Sequence record: OR352954
From: Escherichia phage AV124
Reading direction: 5' to 3' (one strand)
Length of the DNA stretch: 64,000 nucleotides
The position numbers and the translations under genes are program-made. A model generated the notes under the pieces. That model had not been told where the DNA came from. It saw only the letters and a program-made list of their open reading frames with translations, and searched no databases. How positions within the stretch are numbered: position 1 is the stretch's first letter; every line of letters begins with the position of its first letter. Below are positions 56,451 through 64,000 of this stretch, piece after piece.

Positions 56451-57873
56451 CTAAGTCCACAGCTTTTCCAAATGGTGGAATCCAACCCTTGCGCCCACCG
56501 CAGATAACCCAGAGAGTGTTGTACTTACGCCCCCAGCTTGAGCCACGATGTCTCAGGTCCTCTATGTAACCATCTGTGAAGATTATAACCTCTTTTGCCT
56601 TAGGAATAAACTCATCGATGTACTCAAAAGCACATGCAGCAGTTGTCCCACCAGTCGATGTAACTCTGTAATCCAGAATTTCCTTTATGTTATCCTGTGT
56701 GTACACGTTGACGTTGCCAACTTGGGTTGACCAACAGAACAATGTGATACGGAAACATTGGTACAGGGTGCTCAAAGCGATTATCTCATTGAAGATACGT
56801 GTCATTGTTTGACGAGAGATAGAACCTGAAACGTCAAAACCGATTACAATATCAACAGTCTCTGTTCTTTTTCTGCCAGGCATAACCATGAACTGTTTCT
56901 TAGTTAGAGCGCCGTGATCACGAAGGACTTTTGTCATTCCTCCTGATCGACGACCTAAGACCCGATAAGTACGGTCTGATTTAACACGAGAAATCATTCG
57001 CTGCTTAATGATTTGCAGGTAATTAATCTTCGGTTTACCTTTTTGTGCGATTAATTCTCTGGCTTCTTTTGGCCCTTCACCACCTGCGGCTTTCATAGCA
57101 GCGTCAATCATGTCCTCAGACCAAGACATATCCTCATCTTCCTGATCAGCAGACTTCTGTGGGTGTGGGTCCGTATACCCCAGGATGTCAAGGTCTTTAT
57201 CATAATCCCCTATGTGCGCTCCCAGCGGCTTACCTTCACCGTCACCAATCTCTTCCGGTAGTAGAGCATAAATCTCTTCAGCCGTTTTTCCCTCATATTG
57301 GTAATCGCAATAACAGTAAGCAAGGAAACCAAATTCTTTTGACTTATCAAACACTTGTCGATGAGTGAACCATTTCAAACTCTCGGCTTTCTGGCCCAAC
57401 TCCTTGACTAGGTCAGTATTGATATAGTGATCAGCGGCGATGTTGAAACGTTTGCGATCAAATGTTTTCCCACGAGACATGTGGTCGTTGGTGACATGGC
57501 GGACCTCATGCATCATGATGAATACAATTTCTTTCATGGTCTTTTGACGATAAAATACATTGATGTACTCTTTGTAATCATCTTTTTGCTGTTGTGTCAT
57601 CATCGGATGCTTGTCAATACGAGCAAAGACTTTTTTCTTGCGATCAGCAGGCATACCCATAATGAACTCTGGGTTAAAGTATAGATTGCGATGATCAGTT
57701 GCTGCGGTTGGAAGCCATGCACAGTCAACTATCAGCGGCATACCGCTTAATAATGTCCCATAGAATGGTCGATTAGTAAGTAAAGCGATGCGGGCAGACT
57801 GAACTCTCTTCAGTGCTTCATCAGCCAGTTCCATAATGCTTTCTTTTTCATCAGTATACATTCTTATCTCCAA
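56434..57873 (-). CDS. HExxH metallopeptidase-like + von Willebrand factor A domain protein
   Basis: HEVRH motif in N-terminal half; vWA MIDAS VIGFDVSGSIS in C-terminal half. Confidence 0.55.
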   Translation of the reverse strand: MEIRMYTDEKESIMELADEALKRVQSARIALLTNRPFYGTLLSGMPLIVDCAWLPTAATDHRNLYFNPEFIMGMPADRKKKVFARIDKHPMMTQQQKDDYKEYINVFYRQKTMKEIVFIMMHEVRHVTNDHMSRGKTFDRKRFNIAADHYINTDLVKELGQKAESLKWFTHRQVFDKSKEFGFLAYCYCDYQYEGKTAEEIYALLPEEIGDGEGKPLGAHIGDYDKDLDILGYTDPHPQKSADQEDEDMSWSEDMIDAAMKAAGGEGPKEARELIAQKGKPKINYLQIIKQRMISRVKSDRTYRVLGRRSGGMTKVLRDHGALTKKQFMVMPGRKRTETVDIVIGFDVSGSISRQTMTRIFNEIIALSTLYQCFRITLFCWSTQVGNVNVYTQDNIKEILDYRVTSTGGTTAACAFEYIDEFIPKAKEVIIFTDGYIEDLRHRGSSWGRKYNTLWVICGGRKGWIPPFGKAVDLDEHFK

Positions 57874-57910
57874 GAAAAAAGGCCATCAGTTACGATGGCC
57901 TTATTATAGG

Positions 57911-58171
57911 TTAATTCATCACCCTTTGCAATGCAATTTGGGGTAAAAATTCATCTATCCCCTCAACCCTGAAACCCCACGCTAATTGTGGACCAGGCGC
58001 TCCCGGAAGGTGAGGAACAGCAAACAAGACGATCCCATCAATAGCTCCGCGAATCGCGTTCTCTGTGAAAGTCTCTACCAGATCCCCGAAATTAAGACCC
58101 GGCCTGAAGCCAGCATTCAGCATTTTTTGCTCTGGCGCGGATGCAGGCCTGCCCAAGATATCTTCGTACAT
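57911..58171 (-). CDS. hypothetical protein
   Basis: ORF. Confidence 0.4.
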   Translation of the reverse strand: MYEDILGRPASAPEQKMLNAGFRPGLNFGDLVETFTENAIRGAIDGIVLFAVPHLPGAPGPQLAWGFRVEGIDEFLPQIALQRVMN

Positions 58172-59037
58172 TACACCACCTTGTTGAGCATTGCTGCAAC
58201 TTTTGGCAGGCTCAGGCCCGTCTGGATCATCAGTTGGGTCATCGCAGTTTCCATTTTCTTGGAGACAATGATGAAATTATCTTTGGCAAAGCCAATGTTC
58301 AGATCCAGAATCAGAATAGATTTCGGTTCTTCAGTTAATTTTTCACCAGATAAGGCACAGGTGTTGCGAATGTATCGTGCCTTAAATTGCGAATAGGTGA
58401 CCGATACAGACATTCCAGCCTCGTGGAAGGTGTTGCAGTAACGGGCATACGCCAATGCAACAGAGACGTCCTCAGGCAACTTCTGGGCCTCTTTCTGAGC
58501 ACTTGTCTCTTCCGCCGCAGGTTTTTGGTTGTGAACATGTTCTTCGGCATTATCCATAGCGTTCTGCATTGTCTCTTCAGTATTCATTTCGTTCTCCTGT
58601 TGTGGGATATATTTGGTTTTCAGTTTTTCAAGGTGGTCTTTGGACATGTTCAACATCATGGCCTTTACTATTTCGCGATCTAAAGGATCTTGAATCAGTA
58701 TAGATGTTGTCTTGTCAACTAAACGGTCCTTAAGTTGGTTTGCGCGAAGCATAACCACACAGACGTTTCCCCGGACATACCCTTTCGAGTCATCGATTCT
58801 CTCTATAGACGGATACCTTGGGTTAGCTTCCTCACCATCATTCGCGATGTTGGTACTGAAAGGTAGCCCCGTGTAATCACAAGAGCCGTGGCCCAAAAGC
58901 TTGAATCCGAGCATACGCATATCTTGCATTGTTAAATCACAGTCAAGGCCCCGTTTTCGAGCATTCAACTTCTTATGCTTCAAACGATTCCTCAACTTTT
59001 CCACTTCTTCAGGTGTAAACTCTTGTAATACAGACAT
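58171..59037 (-). CDS. HNH-like endonuclease-related protein
   Basis: CDYTGLPF...PSIERID...GYVRGNVCVV..ANQLK with a second degenerate copy. Confidence 0.4.
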   Translation of the reverse strand: MSVLQEFTPEEVEKLRNRLKHKKLNARKRGLDCDLTMQDMRMLGFKLLGHGSCDYTGLPFSTNIANDGEEANPRYPSIERIDDSKGYVRGNVCVVMLRANQLKDRLVDKTTSILIQDPLDREIVKAMMLNMSKDHLEKLKTKYIPQQENEMNTEETMQNAMDNAEEHVHNQKPAAEETSAQKEAQKLPEDVSVALAYARYCNTFHEAGMSVSVTYSQFKARYIRNTCALSGEKLTEEPKSILILDLNIGFAKDNFIIVSKKMETAMTQLMIQTGLSLPKVAAMLNKVV

Positions 59038-59072
59038 TTCTAACTCCTTGGGTCTTGCCCGTTCTTAGTAAG

Positions 59073-59140
59073 GTGATTATCACCATTCGGAAAAGGGTTG
59101 TCAACCCTTGATTTCTAAAAAGTGGCGGTGTATCTTTGTC
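59073..59140. promoter_or_regulatory. divergent promoter region with palindromes GGTGAT-T-ATCACC and AAGGGTTG-T-CAACCCTT
   Basis: Two perfect palindromes plus TTGATT-N17-TATCTT between divergent blocks. Confidence 0.4.
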
Positions 59141-59170
59141 CATTATTCGTATAAGAGGGTAAGTGAGATT

Positions 59171-60178
59171 ATGAGCAAAGTAGATATTAATGTAAAACCA
59201 AACGAGGCTTGGAATGAGGAGCGAGATTTCATAGATAAGTTGTTACAAGGGAAGCAGGCTGCTCAAGAGAGATTTCTTTCAACTTTTGAGAGGGACAGAC
59301 ATGTTGACAATCCCATCACCCGCTTTATCGAGTATCTTCGTGGGGTGGGGGATCAGAATCCTGTGTTGGAAATTGTTTTGTCTTGCCTTCATAAACTTCC
59401 CACACATGGCGGACCTTTTTATTGGGAATGGTTTGATGGTAATGATGAGGATGTGATGGATTTCGCTTTTGATATGAATCGGAAGACTACCTCTCATTCC
59501 CTATCCAGTATGGTGGCAGAGCATAGAACACATCGCACAGGCGGAAATCATCCTTGGTCAGATCGTTTAACAGAGACAGTGGAACTTTGTTTTCATGGTC
59601 ATGGGAATAGTGAGGCGTTTAAATGCTCGTTCTGGGATTTTTCACACCGTACCCGCAATTTTCTTTATCATTTGAAGCCTCTTCTTGAGGATATGTCGAA
59701 TGGGGATGACCTTCGTTTAGTTGTAGAGTATGCGAGTCATCAAAGAAATGCCTCGATATCGTGGAAGAATCTCCCTGCTGGTCGATTTGAACTTCTGCAT
59801 GTGAGGCTGGTTTGTGGTGACTTGGTTCTTTACTCTGACTATCTTGAGCCTTCGGCGTTCGATCGTGTTTGTAGCCAACTGAACCATTCTGTTATCAACA
59901 TCATGAACAGAAAGATCGCTAATAAGGCACGTAAAGCAATGTTCGTTTGTTCTCCGAAAGAAACGATGTTCCACTTGGAATATGACCCCAAGCTACAGAG
60001 CATGATGGAGGGGGACTCCCCGACAGAAGAAGAACTCATGATGATGTCTATTGCAGGATATGAAGATGAGTTTTGGCTTGACAACGTAAAATCTTTCGAT
60101 AGACTGAACATAAAACCCTTTAACCTAGAGGAAGCTGTCAAATGGTATCAACAGACAAGAGTTGTATTCAAGCTTTAA
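59171..60178 (+). CDS. hypothetical protein
   Basis: 336-aa ORF from internal ATG of track ORF 59108. Confidence 0.5.
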   Translation: MSKVDINVKPNEAWNEERDFIDKLLQGKQAAQERFLSTFERDRHVDNPITRFIEYLRGVGDQNPVLEIVLSCLHKLPTHGGPFYWEWFDGNDEDVMDFAFDMNRKTTSHSLSSMVAEHRTHRTGGNHPWSDRLTETVELCFHGHGNSEAFKCSFWDFSHRTRNFLYHLKPLLEDMSNGDDLRLVVEYASHQRNASISWKNLPAGRFELLHVRLVCGDLVLYSDYLEPSAFDRVCSQLNHSVINIMNRKIANKARKAMFVCSPKETMFHLEYDPKLQSMMEGDSPTEEELMMMSIAGYEDEFWLDNVKSFDRLNIKPFNLEEAVKWYQQTRVVFKL

Positions 60179-60651
60179 GTCCAGCACAAGAACTTGCTTT
60201 GGCAATTAAAATTGCAGCAGAAGGCCACCTGAATCAGAAAGATAAGGGTGGTAACCCGTACATCCTTCATCCACTGAAGGTAATGCACTACCTGAAGACT
60301 GATGATTTTCAGCTCATGGCTATCGCTGCCCTACATGATGTTATCGAAGATACTGACGTTATGGCGGCTGATCTCGTGATGATGGGATTCTCCAACCGTG
60401 TTGTCTGTGCAGTGGTCCTACTGACGAAGACACCAAACCAGTCACCAGAAGAATATTTTCAGGGTATTGCAAGCAACTACGACGCGGTTCGTGTGAAGCT
60501 TGCAGACCTGCGTCACAACTCTGACGTTCGTCGCCTGAAAGGTCTGACAGATAAGGATTTGTTGCGTGTTCGTAAGTATCACGACATGTATCTTCGTTTG
60601 ACAAAGATGAAAGAACACCACGAAGCGATCAACGTCTTATCTAAACTATAA
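60142..60651 (+). CDS. HD-domain (p)ppGpp/alarmone hydrolase (small alarmone hydrolase-like)
   Basis: HPLKV...IAALHDVIEDT...KLADLRHN motifs of RelA/SpoT hydrolase domain. Confidence 0.65.
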   Translation: MVSTDKSCIQALSPAQELALAIKIAAEGHLNQKDKGGNPYILHPLKVMHYLKTDDFQLMAIAALHDVIEDTDVMAADLVMMGFSNRVVCAVVLLTKTPNQSPEEYFQGIASNYDAVRVKLADLRHNSDVRRLKGLTDKDLLRVRKYHDMYLRLTKMKEHHEAINVLSKL

Positions 60652-60710
60652 AGGAGTGCCACTGATGACAATTAAATCAAGTGATGAATTTGAACTGAGG
60701 GGGATAAAAA

Positions 60711-61088
60711 ATGCCTGACTGGAAAACTACTCTTGACATAAGTGATATATGGTCTAAAAGAAATGGTGAATGCGGCAGAGAAGACTGGACAGACAAGACG
60801 GTGCATGAGCTTGCTAAGGAGATAGCTCGTCGTCTTGAACGGAAATTCCCTCGCGAGTCAAACTATGACAACTGGGATAATGGCTGCGATTATGAGCTGT
60901 GTGATATAATTGGCTATTTCCGGGATGTTTCAACATACCCAGATTGGTTAGCCTCTATTGCGGAATGTGAGAATGAGGGGTATGATGCCGACCCAATTCG
61001 CCATTATACACCCTTGCGGGAATTCAACGACATCATGAAAGATTTTTATGATTGGTGTGATGAAAATCGTGTTTGGGTGGATAAATAA
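60711..61088 (+). CDS. hypothetical protein
   Basis: ORF. Confidence 0.45.
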   Translation: MPDWKTTLDISDIWSKRNGECGREDWTDKTVHELAKEIARRLERKFPRESNYDNWDNGCDYELCDIIGYFRDVSTYPDWLASIAECENEGYDADPIRHYTPLREFNDIMKDFYDWCDENRVWVDK

Positions 61089-61151
61089 TCATTGCAATGG
61101 GGGAGGATCAAATGTATCCTGCTCCCGAATTTCATTTACAGGAGACAAATA

Positions 61152-62348
61152 ATGTCAAGTCGCAACATCTTTTCTGGTAACTGGATCACTTTGCGTGATC
61201 TCCCGCCGCTCGTACAATTTTGCCAGCGTCACAAACGTTCACTGATGATCTTCGGCGGGGCAGGTATTGGTAAAAGTCAGGCTGTGAAGCAAATTGCGGA
61301 TTCTCTTTTCGGGCCTGGTGATAACTTGGTAGACTTCCGCTTGGCTGATAAAGATAACACCGACCTCACCGGGGTGCAGATTCCATACACCGATGACAAT
61401 GGTGTTACTCGCACAGTGTACGCCTTGCCGGATTTCTGGCCTCGTGATCCTAACTGGAAAGGTATTGTGTTCCTTGACGAGCTTCTCCACGCCGAGCCTT
61501 ACCTTCAGAAACTGGCATTCCAAATCATGCTGGACCGTCGAATCGGGACCTACCAGTTCCCTGAAGGGGCTGTACTGGTTGCTGCTGGTAACCGTGCTGG
61601 GGATGGTACTGCCGTGACTGCACTGGAAGCTCCTTTGGCTAACCGTATGATGCTGGTAGAGCTTACCTATAGCGCATCGGTGTTCATCGAAGACTATGCC
61701 ATGCAGAACGGTATTCATTCGTCAATCATTGGTTTTCTGTCTCGTAAGAACAGTGCTATTGAAAACTATGAAGAAATGCTGGATATCGGGTGTCCTTCTT
61801 TCGCCACACCGCGTACTTTAACTTACGCCAGTGATGTATTGTACGATTACGATGCTAATTTGCTGCCTGCCAACCTAGCTAAGGTTGCTCTTCAGGGCTT
61901 CATTGGCACACCTTTAATGGCTGAACTGTGGGCATACCACACTAAGATTCGTAATATGGTCCCGATCGAAGACGTTATGAACGGTACTGCCCAAGACCCC
62001 GGAGACCTTCCATCCGATAGTTTGTGGATTTTAGGTTCCGAAGGTGCTATTTGGTTGCGTAAGGCTATTGCAGATACCAACTACACCGATGATCAGATTA
62101 TTGAATTCTCTGGTAACTTCCTACAGTATCTTTATGATCACTTTATGGACCAGAACCGAGACTTCGTAAGCTCTATTTTCCTGTCGTTCATTAAGGAAAA
62201 TGCATTCGGTAAGGCGCTGTTGACCACTGCAAGCAACCGTGACAAGCTTCCTGCACGTTTGTTGAAGGCAAAGCCCATCATAATGAAAATTATGGCAGAC
62301 TTCCAGGTCAACTACGCTGAAGATATTAAGCTTATCGAAGGAAAATAA
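61152..62348 (+). CDS. MoxR-like AAA+ ATPase
   Basis: Walker A GGAGIGKS, Walker B VFLDELLHAEP, sensor VAAGNRA; AGGAGA RBS. Confidence 0.55.
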   Translation: MSSRNIFSGNWITLRDLPPLVQFCQRHKRSLMIFGGAGIGKSQAVKQIADSLFGPGDNLVDFRLADKDNTDLTGVQIPYTDDNGVTRTVYALPDFWPRDPNWKGIVFLDELLHAEPYLQKLAFQIMLDRRIGTYQFPEGAVLVAAGNRAGDGTAVTALEAPLANRMMLVELTYSASVFIEDYAMQNGIHSSIIGFLSRKNSAIENYEEMLDIGCPSFATPRTLTYASDVLYDYDANLLPANLAKVALQGFIGTPLMAELWAYHTKIRNMVPIEDVMNGTAQDPGDLPSDSLWILGSEGAIWLRKAIADTNYTDDQIIEFSGNFLQYLYDHFMDQNRDFVSSIFLSFIKENAFGKALLTTASNRDKLPARLLKAKPIIMKIMADFQVNYAEDIKLIEGK

Positions 62349-62411
62349 TATTGACAGCCCCTCTTGGGGCTGTTATGCTTCATGTATCAAACAAAACGAG
62401 GATAGACTCAA

Positions 62412-62750
62412 ATGCAAATTACTGAAACTCTGAATGATCAACAACGTCTTATGTCTTTGGGACACAAAGAAGCTCTCCAACAGACATTCCCTATTTTCAA
62501 CGAGCTGACTGCTGACGGCTATGAAGTTGAGTTCTATTATGTGGATGGTTTTGGTGGCCTGACCATCGTTCCAAGCGTGAAGCGTATCCGCGTTAAGGCA
62601 AACCAAGAAGCGTTAGCGGATGCTGATTATTGTTCTAGCTTCGCGCACAAAGTACGCCAGTCTTTTGAATCGCGTCTGACTAATCCTAAATTCTTGGCAG
62701 GCCAGAAAATTTCTACCAGACTCAAACACAAGGGTCATTACAGTGTCTAA
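62412..62750 (+). CDS. hypothetical protein
   Basis: ORF. Confidence 0.45.
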   Translation: MQITETLNDQQRLMSLGHKEALQQTFPIFNELTADGYEVEFYYVDGFGGLTIVPSVKRIRVKANQEALADADYCSSFAHKVRQSFESRLTNPKFLAGQKISTRLKHKGHYSV

Positions 62751-62907
62751 TTCTGTGATCTACAAAAACCAGTTTCGTAACATCTGGCGCAAGTTTGTTA
62801 ACGGTAAAGGCTATGTGTCTGGTGACCAAGGCCTCACTTGGACAGAAAACGGTGCCTCTGAGGACTTGATAAAGCGATTACCTTATTACGTGGAGGTTAA
62901 AGTATGA
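62743..62907 (+). CDS. small protein (GTG start)
   Basis: 54-aa ORF not in track; ATGA overlap with next gene. Confidence 0.3.
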   Translation: MSNSVIYKNQFRNIWRKFVNGKGYVSGDQGLTWTENGASEDLIKRLPYYVEVKV

Positions 62908-63203
62908 TCCGTTCACCCGGTTTTGGTTATATCTACATCCCAGATTTCACTGGGGAAGATCGTCTTGTTAGGATCAGTGATCTTGACATCAGTGATATTG
63001 AAAATCAGGCACGATATGGACAGGCTGAAAAAGAGTGTTATATTCGTACAGATAATGGCTTCTGTCAGACAAGCTGGACATCGGGCATAACTGCAATGGA
63101 AGTTCTTGAGAAGATTGCTAAACACGATAAAGATAATCTTGGAGCCTTCCGTGATTATGCACATCGTAACCGGATTGTCTTAATGAAGGGGGAATTATGG
63201 TAA
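62904..63203 (+). CDS. hypothetical protein
   Basis: ORF. Confidence 0.45.
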   Translation: MIRSPGFGYIYIPDFTGEDRLVRISDLDISDIENQARYGQAEKECYIRTDNGFCQTSWTSGITAMEVLEKIAKHDKDNLGAFRDYAHRNRIVLMKGELW

Positions 63204-63523
63204 AAAACTTTTCGAATTCTGACGATATCCCTTCTTCTGTACCAATTACGGAAGAGCATTTCCAGATTGTTGGTAATGCGTGGGAGTTGGTTATGTCATA
63301 CAAACCAATTTGGTATGATGTTGAAGCACTTTCCTACTTCTTCGTGTTCTGCTCTAATCGAGACAGCATGTATAAGCCTGCTTGCGATGCTGTTGATCGA
63401 CTCTATGGTGAGATCAAGAATGAAGGTTGGAACGATAATCGAATTCAGCGTTTCAAGAACTTAGATGCTCTGTCGCGTGAAATTCATGATACGACCCCTG
63501 ATATGTTCGTTCAGGACATGTGA
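63197..63523 (+). CDS. hypothetical protein
   Basis: ORF. Confidence 0.45.
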   Translation: MVKNFSNSDDIPSSVPITEEHFQIVGNAWELVMSYKPIWYDVEALSYFFVFCSNRDSMYKPACDAVDRLYGEIKNEGWNDNRIQRFKNLDALSREIHDTTPDMFVQDM

Positions 63524-63795
63524 TGAGAGACATACCTGAGAGCAAGTATCAATGCTTCTGGAAGTGCCGCCGCTGTGGAACATTCCTACGCCTAGGTGTT
63601 AGGTATTGTGATTGCGGCTGTCAGGAGATCGTTGCAGAGCTTATAGGTCTCGATGTGCTGGCAAGTTATGGCTACCTTCCCGACCGAAAGGTAGAGGTTG
63701 AATTGAAAGGCCAAAAACCTAAAAGGTTAGAAGATTTGCGAAAAGCACAAGCGTATCTGAATGAACTTATCAAACTGGTGGAAGAAGATGGCTAA
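63520..63795 (+). CDS. zinc-ribbon protein
   Basis: CFWKCRRCG...CDCGC. Confidence 0.45.
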   Translation: MMRDIPESKYQCFWKCRRCGTFLRLGVRYCDCGCQEIVAELIGLDVLASYGYLPDRKVEVELKGQKPKRLEDLRKAQAYLNELIKLVEEDG

Positions 63796-63964
63796 GTTTA
63801 AATTCCAGAAATCTGAGCTAAACGAGTGTTGGTGGCTTGACACCGCCGACTGTGTTATGGCAGGATACACCTATCGACGGCATCGGGTTTTTGTTGTCTG
63901 TGCGAAAAATCGTGCGGATGCTATTGAATCCATGAAAGAGTTTAAAGAGAGGAGTTGCAAATGA
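63788..63964 (+). CDS. small protein
   Basis: Internal ATG with GGAAGAAG RBS. Confidence 0.4.
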   Translation: MAKFKFQKSELNECWWLDTADCVMAGYTYRRHRVFVVCAKNRADAIESMKEFKERSCK

Positions 63965-64000
63965 AGGAGAGCGAAGAGGCATTGCAGGCACTTAAATCTT
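63961..64000 (+). CDS. 5' end of a gene continuing past the window
   Basis: ATGA overlap, open to window end. Confidence 0.3.
   Translation, partial: MKESEEALQALKS

Noticed and set aside
1-64000. Prophage or integrative element (integrase, excisionase, repressor-lysogeny module, transposase)
   Set aside because: No tyrosine or serine recombinase or transposase motifs recognised in any frame; gene content fits a virulent phage.

Overview
64-kb segment of a large, apparently virulent tailed-phage genome from a Gram-negative (probably enterobacterial) host; no integrase, transposase, tRNA, rRNA or CRISPR array was found by eye. All calls rest on motif reading of the six-frame translations, with no database search. 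Coordinates of non-ORF features are approximate (+/-3 nt). (1) 1-41.9 kb is a dense rightward block of early and DNA-metabolism genes: RNA ligase-like protein plus P-loop kinase, Sir2-like protein, ATP-dependent DNA ligase, SPFH lipoprotein, NADAR/YbiA-like protein, FEN-type 5' nuclease, Endo VII-like resolvase, DEDD exonuclease, ThyX-like protein, class I RNR nrdAB, glutaredoxin, anaerobic RNR nrdDG, GH19 endolysin-like protein, PhoH, DprA-like protein, ClpP-like peptidase, N6-adenine methyltransferase, CCA tRNA nucleotidyltransferase, and about ten HNH/AP2 homing-endonuclease genes, two of them disrupted. Near-consensus sigma70 promoters and UUCG-tetraloop terminators punctuate it. (2) 41.99-43.86 kb is a ~1.9-kb non-coding, palindrome-rich region between convergent terminators. 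(3) 43.9-51.0 kb is a leftward block of small ORFans with a recurring GGCCTGGT-plus-hairpin intergenic element. (4) 51.1-52.3 kb holds three tandem promoters, a candidate small RNA and three ~70-bp direct repeats. (5) 52.3-59.0 kb is a second leftward block (HExxH+vWA protein, wHTH regulator, HNH-like protein). (6) 59.2-64 kb is a rightward block with an HD-domain small alarmone hydrolase and a MoxR-like AAA+ ATPase. The best candidates for an undescribed system are the leftward ORFan block with its regulatory hub, and the NAD/ADP-ribose-linked (Sir2, NADAR) and alarmone-linked (SAH, MoxR/vWA) candidate counter-defence genes.
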